Source of the DNA: a virus
Taxonomy: Duplodnaviria > Caudoviricetes
Length of the DNA stretch: 64,000 nucleotides
Strand: one strand, 5' to 3'
IMG/VR virus record: IMGVR_UViG_3300028591_000076
Coordinates: 64,001-128,000 of that record
Each line of letters begins with the position of its first letter. Positions within the stretch are counted from its first letter, which is position 1. Position numbers and translations under genes: made by a program. Positions 29,823 to 37,909 of this stretch are shown here, piece after piece. Below the pieces are notes generated by a model. The model was not told the origin of the DNA and made no database searches. It saw only the letters and a program-made list of their open reading frames with translations.

Positions 29823-31397
29823 ATGATAGAAATATTAAATTATGGTCAATTTCTTGATTTGGAAAGACCAAAGAATATACATAATACTAAACTTTTATGT
29901 CATTGTCCTAAATGCGGAAAAACACATATAAGGCCTTACAGTGACCTCTTAAAATCTAAAGAATATATTTATTGTCGTAGGCATAAACAGCAAAGAAGTT
30001 ATGAACAAAAATATGGTCCAGGTGTAACCTGTGCTATGAAAGTGCCCGGAGCAGCCGAAAAATATAAGCAAACAAAAAAAGAAAAATATGGCGAAAATTG
30101 GGGTAAAGAATGGTACGAAGCACAAAAAGAGCGTGTAAAAAATATAATGGGAGTAGAAAACCCCGCTAAAGACCCGGGCCATTGGTTAAAAAGTTTAACT
30201 TCGATGACAGAAAGATATGGCTCGGTAGAAAGAGCCTATCAAAAAAGACAGGCTAATATTGAATTAACTGCAGAAAAAAATTATGGGTCTTATGAAAATT
30301 ATGTTAAAGTAAGATTACATAATCAAATAGAGTCTTTACAAGAAATATATTGTGATAGTTCTATAGATAATATAAATAATACCACAAAGCAGAAAGATAT
30401 AAGATTTGATAAGTATTTATCATCTATTCAGATGTTTGATGATGTTAGAATATCTTATAAAAATGATAAATATATATTTAAGTGCTTAAAATGTAATTCT
30501 GAATATTCTATTTCATACGAAAATAGAATATATAAATGCCCAAAATGTAATATGGGCATTAAACCTCGTGGCATGATTAATTCAATAAATAATTATATAA
30601 AATCACTTAATTTATCATCTAAGTTAGATGAAATGGTATTACCAGGTTATAATGTAGATATATTTATTGAAAGTAAAAATGTTGCTATAGACGTTTTATC
30701 CGTGTATACTCATTCTAATATAAACCAAAATAATAATAGTGATAAAGTAGATTTTTTTACTAAAAATGGTTACACTTTAATATCTATAATGGAAGATGAC
30801 TGGTATAATCATCAAGATGCGGTAAAAAGTAAAATAAAAAGAATCTTAGGACTTACGGAATCTAATGTAGATGGCTTATCTGGATATGTAAATAAAATAA
30901 CGCCATCCGAATATGAAGATTTCTGTGATATGAACCATAATTGGGGTAAAGGAGCTGCGAGTCTTAAATTAGGCTTAAGAGTATCCGGTGTACTTATAGC
31001 TGTTCTTGGTCTTTCCGCGCCGCGTTATAGACGAAATTATACTTGGGAAGTTACTAGATTTTGTATTAAAAAAGGCTATACAGTAGAAAATGCTATGAGG
31101 TCTTTTTTAATGTGGCTTATAAAAGATGATGAATATGTAAGTTTAATTTATTATCAGGACAAGCGATGGCCAGATGATACAGATAATGCGTTAGAATATA
31201 TAGAAGATATTCCCGCAACAGCATATTATTGGAAAGAAGATAGTAGATTATATCCATGGTCAGTTTTACGACGTAATTATATAAAATCTAAGAAAAACTT
31301 CAATTTTGAAGCGGACTTAACAGTTAAAGAAAACTTATTAAAAGAAGGCTATAATATTATATATGATTGTGGCTATAAAATATTTACGTATGAATAA
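29823..31397 (+). CDS. Hef-like homing endonuclease / Zn-finger protein, possibly degenerate
   Basis: CPKC, KYG repeats, CLKC...CPKC, Vsr-like VDIFIESKNVAIDVLSVYTH, C-terminal NH.WG...WEVTRFC...D.RW...YDCG domain. Confidence 0.7.
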   Translation: MIEILNYGQFLDLERPKNIHNTKLLCHCPKCGKTHIRPYSDLLKSKEYIYCRRHKQQRSYEQKYGPGVTCAMKVPGAAEKYKQTKKEKYGENWGKEWYEAQKERVKNIMGVENPAKDPGHWLKSLTSMTERYGSVERAYQKRQANIELTAEKNYGSYENYVKVRLHNQIESLQEIYCDSSIDNINNTTKQKDIRFDKYLSSIQMFDDVRISYKNDKYIFKCLKCNSEYSISYENRIYKCPKCNMGIKPRGMINSINNYIKSLNLSSKLDEMVLPGYNVDIFIESKNVAIDVLSVYTHSNINQNNNSDKVDFFTKNGYTLISIMEDDWYNHQDAVKSKIKRILGLTESNVDGLSGYVNKITPSEYEDFCDMNHNWGKGAASLKLGLRVSGVLIAVLGLSAPRYRRNYTWEVTRFCIKKGYTVENAMRSFLMWLIKDDEYVSLIYYQDKRWPDDTDNALEYIEDIPATAYYWKEDSRLYPWSVLRRNYIKSKKNFNFEADLTVKENLLKEGYNIIYDCGYKIFTYE

Positions 31398-31422
31398 CTT
31401 TTAAAGTCATCATACTAATTTA

Positions 31423-31534
31423 TTAAGCATTTAAAAAGATTTTCTTTTTAATACTTAAATGAATAGGGCACTACAGGTCCTAAGTTATAGAAATATAACA
31501 AACACGCTTAAAATGAATAAATGCTAAAAGTGTG
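31423..31534 (+). promoter_or_regulatory. structured 5' leader (four tandem hairpins)
   Basis: Stems 31431-39/31443-51, 31464-69/31477-82, 31484-89/31494-99 (GAAA loop), 31503-09/31528-34. Confidence 0.55.
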
Positions 31535-31570
31535 ATATGTAAGATCAATTATTTATAGGTTAAAACAACT

Positions 31571-32668
31571 ATGCAAAAATTTTCAGAATTCTTAAATGAC
31601 TATAAAGAGTTCAAGTTAAAAGAACACAATTCTTCAGAATTTGACAAGTACGACATGATGTACGTTCGTGAAAGCTATGCAGCTTTAGTAAAAGCAGAAA
31701 GAGACGCTAAAAGAATCAAAGAATCTAAAGCAGCTCAGAAAAACGATGAACCAGCTAAAGAGTCAGCTAAAGAACCAGTAAAAGAGACAGCTTTCCAGAA
31801 AGCACTCAAAGAGTTCGCAGCTTTCAAAGAGTCAAAGGGATATGGCCCAGTAACAAGAGCAGAAAGACTCAAGATTTTCGAAAAAACACGTACTACTAAA
31901 GATAAGGTAGTAGAATCAAAGGTTACTGTACAAGGCGTTTTCAACAAACTTGCTGAATCTAAGAAATGTGTTGCTCTTGCTCAGAAAAGACTTTCAGAAG
32001 GCGATGTAATGGGTGCAGCTGATGCTACAATGGCAGCAGGCGCAGCAGTTACAGGTGCAGAAGGCGATGCTAATGCTTTAGCAACTCCAACAGCTCCAGT
32101 TCCACAGGAAGTAGTTGACCAGATTTCTCAGGTAAAATCAGCAGTAGATGCTCTTGCAGCTTCTGCAGGTATTGCTTCACCAGTAGATATGGGTGCAGAC
32201 CCTAATGCAGGCGTTCCAGCAGTTACAGGTGCTCCAGCTGAAGGCGAAGCTGCTCCAGTAGCAGATCCAAATGCAGCTATGGCTCCAGTAGTTGAATCTT
32301 CTTCAGAAAGATTAGATGCTTCAGCTCAGAGAATTGAAGAGTCTAAAATTGAAGAAGCTAAGACTGACGAATCTAAGCCTGGTATCGTAGTTCCTCCAGT
32401 AGAAACTATTCTTAAGGGTACAGTTTCTGGTGCTTCTAAAGAAGCAGCTCCAGCTGATACATGGCCTACAAAACCAATTAATGATGTTCCAGTAGGAAAG
32501 AAACTTGGCAATGTAAAAGAATCTGAAGAATTCTCTCCTGATACAGAAGAGAATAAAGAAACTTTAGAGGAATCTAAAGGTCTTGCAGAACAGAGACTTG
32601 AAGCTGAGCTTGCTAAGAGAAACTTCAAATGGAGTGACTTCTTAAAGTCAGGCTTTAATAAGAGATAA
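31571..32668 (+). CDS. putative prohead core/scaffold-like protein
   Basis: Strong codon bias; N-terminus MQKFSEFL resembles the T4 capsid-targeting sequence; many [VILF]xES sites; Ala/Pro-rich. Confidence 0.55.
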   Translation: MQKFSEFLNDYKEFKLKEHNSSEFDKYDMMYVRESYAALVKAERDAKRIKESKAAQKNDEPAKESAKEPVKETAFQKALKEFAAFKESKGYGPVTRAERLKIFEKTRTTKDKVVESKVTVQGVFNKLAESKKCVALAQKRLSEGDVMGAADATMAAGAAVTGAEGDANALATPTAPVPQEVVDQISQVKSAVDALAASAGIASPVDMGADPNAGVPAVTGAPAEGEAAPVADPNAAMAPVVESSSERLDASAQRIEESKIEEAKTDESKPGIVVPPVETILKGTVSGASKEAAPADTWPTKPINDVPVGKKLGNVKESEEFSPDTEENKETLEESKGLAEQRLEAELAKRNFKWSDFLKSGFNKR

Positions 32669-32684
32669 TTAAAACACTAATCTC

Positions 32685-32723
32685 TTAAGGGGATAGGGAG
32701 TTATCCCTATCCCTTAATTTTTT
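32685..32723 (+). terminator. intrinsic terminator/attenuator before the ATPase gene
   Basis: TTAAGGGGATAGGGA-GTTA-TCCCTATCCCTTAA followed by a T run. Confidence 0.85.
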
Positions 32724-32740
32724 AAGGAGCACATTAAAAT

Positions 32741-34504
32741 ATGGAAACAGGTACATTAGCAGATCAAATAGAATTATCAGAAGTGCCAGACTTCATGAAA
32801 ATAGATGATATTGAAGGTATGGCTTTAGACTTCTGGGAAGCTTATGATAATTCTACTAGATTAAATGGTCGTTTAACAGAATCTCTAAGAGGAACAGTAT
32901 ATAAATATTTCTTAGATACATTTGATGACCAAGCTAGAAGAAGCTATGATGACTTCTGTAGTTCTGGCGCAAATACTGGTAATATTAGTAAAAAAGCATT
33001 TACTGACGCTTCTTGGGCAGCTAAGCAGTGTACAAAAGATAAGCTTGAAGCATTAGTATCAAAAGAAGGCACTAGCTCATTAGCAAGTCCTGTAACAAAC
33101 GGATTTGGTGAAGTAATTGACCCTAATAATGATACTAGAGCAGAATTAGATGATACAGATAATGAGTCGGATACAAAAGATGTAGCATTCTTAAAACAAA
33201 TGCGTAGAGCAGTTGATAATTTTGACTCAAAAGAATTAACTATAGAAGAAAGGGTTAGAGAATACTTTCAGAAGTTATATGACACAGTTGAGCGTGTTGC
33301 TTCTGGTAGAGCTCTTAAAAGACATGCATTTATTTATGGTGATGCTGGTATTGGTAAAACACATACTGTTGGTAAAGCTGCAAAGGCTGGTCTTGAAAAA
33401 TGGGCTGGTCAGGGTAAAAAGCCTAGCTTAGTAACTTATTATGGTTCTATTGGTAAATCACTTACTCCATTACTTATATTCTTCTTCCAGAATAGTAAAA
33501 ATAGAGTAATTATTCTTGATGATGCTGATGGATTCGTAAAAAATGATGATGATGACGTTCAGAACTTCTTAAAAGCAATGCTCGATCCAGAAAATCATAA
33601 AGTTACAACTCCTCCAACAGTTCGTAAATCTGCAAATAAGCTTTATAAAGATGAAATTGCTGAGTCAAAGAAGCTTATGTCAGTTGATACGTCTAAACTC
33701 GATGAAAATACTGTAGTTGTTACAGTTGGTAATAAAATATTTGAGTATACCGTATCTGATGAGCAAGATAAAGCACAACTTAGAGAAAACTTTCCAGCTC
33801 ATAAAGTTACAAAAGAAGAAAAAGATGTTATAACATCTTTAAGAGAGTCAAGAAAAACAAATAATACTATTAAATATAATAAATTCGGAAAATTGGTAAC
33901 AATTAAAGAATCTGATATATTTGATGATATGGATTTATCTTCAATTGAAGATGACCCATACGCAGCAAAATTAGCTGAAGTACCAGCTGATGATGACCTT
34001 GACCCAATTCCAGAAGAAATTCCAACATCATGGTATTTTACTTCTTCTCTTGTTATGGTATCTAACTTAAATTCAAGTGACTTAAATGATGCTATTAAAT
34101 CAAGATGTGACTGTCGTGGTATTTCACTAACGCCAGATGAATTTATGGTACGTGCAGAAATGATTTTACCAGAATTCCAAATTGGTAAAGGCTCTGCTAC
34201 TGACCCACAATTGATAAATTGGGCAAAGTTTGAATCATTTGCTATATTAAAAGCTTGTTTTGAAGACTTAAAGTTTAAGAATTCAAAGATTAAAATGGTT
34301 ATTGGTATTAACCTTGAATTACGTATTATTCCAACTCTTGCCGGCTTACTTTTAGCAAGATATGATAGATGGCATGAAGCAAATAATATGCAGGGTGATA
34401 CACCAGATGTTCTTCAGAAATTCGAAAAAGACCAAGCAGCAGCTTATATTAAGTTTGACTTATTACCTGTAATGGCTGGTGATAAAGCATTAAACAGAAA
34501 ATAA
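32741..34504 (+). CDS. AAA+ ATPase with large internal insertion
   Basis: Walker A GDAGIGKT, Walker B IILDDAD, NFLKAMLD, VMVSN sensor, AIKSRC arginine finger. Confidence 0.85.
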   Translation: METGTLADQIELSEVPDFMKIDDIEGMALDFWEAYDNSTRLNGRLTESLRGTVYKYFLDTFDDQARRSYDDFCSSGANTGNISKKAFTDASWAAKQCTKDKLEALVSKEGTSSLASPVTNGFGEVIDPNNDTRAELDDTDNESDTKDVAFLKQMRRAVDNFDSKELTIEERVREYFQKLYDTVERVASGRALKRHAFIYGDAGIGKTHTVGKAAKAGLEKWAGQGKKPSLVTYYGSIGKSLTPLLIFFFQNSKNRVIILDDADGFVKNDDDDVQNFLKAMLDPENHKVTTPPTVRKSANKLYKDEIAESKKLMSVDTSKLDENTVVVTVGNKIFEYTVSDEQDKAQLRENFPAHKVTKEEKDVITSLRESRKTNNTIKYNKFGKLVTIKESDIFDDMDLSSIEDDPYAAKLAEVPADDDLDPIPEEIPTSWYFTSSLVMVSNLNSSDLNDAIKSRCDCRGISLTPDEFMVRAEMILPEFQIGKGSATDPQLINWAKFESFAILKACFEDLKFKNSKIKMVIGINLELRIIPTLAGLLLARYDRWHEANNMQGDTPDVLQKFEKDQAAAYIKFDLLPVMAGDKALNRK

Positions 34505-34520
34505 TTTGAAGCTTAAAAAT

Positions 34521-34549
34521 AAAAAAGGCTCTTTAATAGAGCCTTTTTT
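34521..34549. terminator. bidirectional terminator
   Basis: AAAAAAGGCTCT-TTAAT-AGAGCCTTTTTT. Confidence 0.9.
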
Positions 34550-34572
34550 ATTTTTAAATAAATTTTTAATTA

Positions 34573-34902
34573 CTAGCCACGACCTTTTATTAATTCCGTA
34601 ACAGCATCCGATAAGTAATGCCAACATCTAGGGTCTGCAAAATAATCTTTACCCAATATATCTTTTAATATTGCAATTTTATTGGATACGCCATAAAAAT
34701 TTTCGAAGTCACTAGAAACTGTATTCTCTAAAGCTTCAAATGACTCAGTGTCATCATAATTGCCAGTATCATAATCGTCAGGCATTTCTTCATTTAAGAA
34801 CTTAGTTCTTTTACCTTCTGCTTTAACTAAATTCTTAAAAGCATCACTGAAAATTGAAGTTTTATATATTTCTTCAAAGTCAGATTCATTAAGTATTACC
34901 AT
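34573..34902 (-). CDS. acidic hypothetical protein
   Basis: 109 aa, GGAG SD, ACTAATT upstream, N-terminal LNESDFEEIY. Confidence 0.8.
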   Translation of the reverse strand: MVILNESDFEEIYKTSIFSDAFKNLVKAEGKRTKFLNEEMPDDYDTGNYDDTESFEALENTVSSDFENFYGVSNKIAILKDILGKDYFADPRCWHYLSDAVTELIKGRG

Positions 34903-34928
34903 AGTTATTTCTCCAATTTTAAATTAGT

Positions 34929-34957
34929 AAAAAAAAAGGTCCCAAAATTATGGGACC
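34929..34957 (-). terminator. terminator of the groEL operon
   Basis: A run then GGTCCC-AAAATTAT-GGGACC (U tail on minus strand). Confidence 0.75.
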
Positions 34958-34981
34958 AAAATTATACTATTTTAGGGACAA

Positions 34982-35458
34982 TTATTCTTTGTTGCCTTCA
35001 ACAAAGCCTTCAGGATTTTTATATTCAATATCTACTGATACAGTTCCCAAATTTAATTCAGGTATTGGATTACCTTCTTTATCTAATATAAGGTCTCCCT
35101 TATTATCTCTTACATAAACAATTTTCTTTGTTTCTATTCTAATTGGGTCACCATTTTCATCTAGAACTAGCTTTCCATTTTCATCTTTTTTATATGAAAT
35201 ATCTACAATTGTTCTTGGCTCTTTTTGAGCTTGCATATAATAGTCATTAAGACAGCTCATACAAATAAGATTATTATTATTTACAACAGTTTTTCTATTA
35301 TTTTCAAGAATTGTTGCATAATTTAAGTAAATACTTCCTTCAGAAATATCACCATGTTTAGAGCACATGATACGGATATTTTTTACTTCTTTTCCATTAA
35401 TCATCATTGGCTCTTCTTTCTTTGGTTGTGTAATTTCCTTATTTTCGTTATTTTCCAT
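34982..35458 (-). CDS. Zn-binding hypothetical protein with DENG repeats
   Basis: CSKH...CMSC; KDENGKLVLDENGDPI / RDNKGDLILDKEGNPI. Confidence 0.75.
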   Translation of the reverse strand: MENNENKEITQPKKEEPMMINGKEVKNIRIMCSKHGDISEGSIYLNYATILENNRKTVVNNNNLICMSCLNDYYMQAQKEPRTIVDISYKKDENGKLVLDENGDPIRIETKKIVYVRDNKGDLILDKEGNPIPELNLGTVSVDIEYKNPEGFVEGNKE

Positions 35459-35849
35459 CTTTATCCTTCTTATTAAATAAATCTTCCAAAATTATATTTG
35501 GCATACTATCGCCCATATCTAAAGCACCTTGCTCAAATAATAGCCTCATTTGATCGCCAGTAAGATATATTTCATCTTTGTTATCATCATTTTTATGCTT
35601 CTGAAATTCCTGTTCAGCTTTATTATAAAATGAGTTCATATACCACTTAGGTAAATTATTAATAACAAAAATTGCTGCGCTAGCTATAAATAGGCTTATG
35701 ATACCAGCGATAATTTGCTTAAAACATAAGCCTACTATACCTAATACTATAAATAATCCAATAATGGAATAAACACTTAATCTAAATCTTTTCTGAGTTT
35801 TATTAAGATTTCTCCATCTTGCTGTAATACGGCGTCTATCACTACTCAT
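35448..35849 (-). CDS. 2-TM membrane protein
   Basis: Basic N-terminus and two hydrophobic helices. Confidence 0.8.
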   Translation of the reverse strand: MSSDRRRITARWRNLNKTQKRFRLSVYSIIGLFIVLGIVGLCFKQIIAGIISLFIASAAIFVINNLPKWYMNSFYNKAEQEFQKHKNDDNKDEIYLTGDQMRLLFEQGALDMGDSMPNIILEDLFNKKDKDGK

Positions 35850-36141
35850 TATCTATTTCCATTTCGGTAACAATAAGCGGTACAATAGCAGTTTTAATTT
35901 TTTTATCATCCAAATTACCATCTTCTGTTATCGCATCACTTGGTATATCACCGTTTTTAATAAGGTCTCTTACAAAAACTCTAAGAAACTCAACAGCATC
36001 TTTTTCAGAAAGAAATACATTTTGAGCATAAAATGGATATGTTATTCTTTCAGAATGAAATCCAACTCTAATAGGCTGATTGTAAAAGACCACAGGCTGG
36101 AAATAATCTGGGTCATTAACTGATTTTTTTCCTGTAACCAT
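35842..36141 (-). CDS. hypothetical protein downstream of groEL
   Basis: 99 aa; no GroES motifs. Confidence 0.8.
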   Translation of the reverse strand: MVTGKKSVNDPDYFQPVVFYNQPIRVGFHSERITYPFYAQNVFLSEKDAVEFLRVFVRDLIKNGDIPSDAITEDGNLDDKKIKTAIVPLIVTEMEIDNE

Positions 36142-36150
36142 TCTTATACC

Positions 36151-37833
36151 TTATTTAATTATATTCGACCTGTCCTCATCTAAGAGTGGGTCAATTGCTT
36201 GAACGCCAACGTTCATAGCCTCATCAAAAATAACACAATTTGTAGAAATAAATGTACCCGCAATAGATGTTGCATAAGAAAGAGCCGTTTTTGTAACAAG
36301 TATTGGATCAATTACACCGTCTTCATACATTGTTTCTGATAACTCTTCTTTCTTTGCGTTATAGCCGAAATTTATATTATTTGTTTCTTTAATCTTTTCA
36401 ATTATATAGTCTGCTTTTTTACCGGTAGAGTCGATAATTCTTTTGGCTGGCATCTCACAAATTGAAAGGAATGTTTGATATCCTTTTTCTTGAATTGCAT
36501 CTTCAAGAGGCTTATGCATTGCAGATACTTCTTTTACTGCATGTAAAAGTCCAGTACCACCACCAGAAATAACACCTTCAGAAATTGCAGCATTTACAGC
36601 ATTTATAGCGTCTTCATATCTATCTTTCTTTTCTTTCAATTCAACAGCAGATAAAGCGCCAATATGAATTGTTGCAATACCACCAGAAAGGTTAGCTATT
36701 CTTTCTTTAATTAAGTCAATATCAATAAGAGACTTAACCTCATCATCTACGTCAGAACTGCCCTTTTTAATTTCAGCTTGTAATTCATTTACTCTCGCTT
36801 CAATTTCTTCGTCAGTTCCACCACCACCAGTAATTACCGTCTTTTTCTTAGTAACCGTAATAAGCTCAGCAGTACCAAGCATAGTATTTGGGTCAAAATT
36901 ATCAATAGTAAGTTTTGATTTACCCTCTAATACTTTAGCACCAACTTGAATAGCTAAATCTTCAATAAACTGGTCAATAGAAACTCTATCCTGTCCACGT
37001 GGGTAAATTAAAGCGCCAGAAATTTGCTTTTTATCAACTGCTTCGATAAAGTCAGACCTAAACTTATCTTCATATACTGGAGCACAAATAACAATACTCT
37101 TATTCTGGCGTTTTACAATTTGTATAATTGCCTGAATTTCCTCTATTTGCTTAAGAGGCTTACCATAAACGAGAATAAGTGGATTATGTAGCTCACATGT
37201 ACTATTATTTGTATTTACAAATGAGCCAGAAATAAGGCCCTTATCTATTTCCATACCAGTAGTAAATGTAATAGAAGTCTTACCAGAACGGTTATTTGCG
37301 CCAATTGCATTTACGATACCACCATCGCCAATTGATGTAAAAGCTTCTGCAATTATTTTACCAATTTCACTATCATTATTTGCAGAAATTGTAGCTACGT
37401 GTTCAATATCCTTTTCGCCGGAAATAACTCTCTTTTGCTTATCAAGCGCGTTTAATATGTCACCGCAAGCCTTTTCAAAGCCCCTTTTTACTTCAATTGC
37501 GTCAAGGTTCATATCTACAAGCTTTGTGCCAGCTTTACAAAGTTCGGATGTAAGTAAAGTAGATGTCGTTGTACCATCACCTGCTACAGCATTTGTTTTA
37601 GTAGCGCCTTCTTTAACAATAGAAGCACCAATATCCTTATATTTATCTGAAAAATAAATAAAACGAGCAACAGAAACACCATCTTTCGTGACTATTGGAT
37701 GGCCATTACCTGTAGATAGTATTACTGTATGACCTTTAGGTCCTAATGTTGAAATTACCGCTTCTTCTAACTCAGAAATACCTTCAAGCATTTTATTTCT
37801 TGCTTCCGAGCCAAATGTAATTATTCTTCCCAT
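36151..37833 (-). CDS. groEL: GroEL-like chaperonin (Cpn60)
   Basis: TLGPKG, TKDGVSVA, AGDGTTT, ISANND, ERIANLSGGIA, EKKDRYEDA, GGG, GVIDP motifs. Confidence 0.95.
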   Translation of the reverse strand: MGRIITFGSEARNKMLEGISELEEAVISTLGPKGHTVILSTGNGHPIVTKDGVSVARFIYFSDKYKDIGASIVKEGATKTNAVAGDGTTTSTLLTSELCKAGTKLVDMNLDAIEVKRGFEKACGDILNALDKQKRVISGEKDIEHVATISANNDSEIGKIIAEAFTSIGDGGIVNAIGANNRSGKTSITFTTGMEIDKGLISGSFVNTNNSTCELHNPLILVYGKPLKQIEEIQAIIQIVKRQNKSIVICAPVYEDKFRSDFIEAVDKKQISGALIYPRGQDRVSIDQFIEDLAIQVGAKVLEGKSKLTIDNFDPNTMLGTAELITVTKKKTVITGGGGTDEEIEARVNELQAEIKKGSSDVDDEVKSLIDIDLIKERIANLSGGIATIHIGALSAVELKEKKDRYEDAINAVNAAISEGVISGGGTGLLHAVKEVSAMHKPLEDAIQEKGYQTFLSICEMPAKRIIDSTGKKADYIIEKIKETNNINFGYNAKKEELSETMYEDGVIDPILVTKTALSYATSIAGTFISTNCVIFDEAMNVGVQAIDPLLDEDRSNIIK

Positions 37834-37909
37834 TTAAATAAAAATCCTCTAAAAATAGTTATATAGAATTATATTAGCAGAATAATTTTTTACATATTAC
37901 TAAATATAT

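Noticed and set aside
11397-34504. Inteins or introns in recA, clpP or the ATPase
   Set aside because: recA and clpP are normal length; the ATPase insert has no C...HN splice ends or LAGLIDADG motifs
35842-36141. GroES by size and position
   Set aside because: Lacks PLxDRV, the GGI mobile loop and VGD motifs
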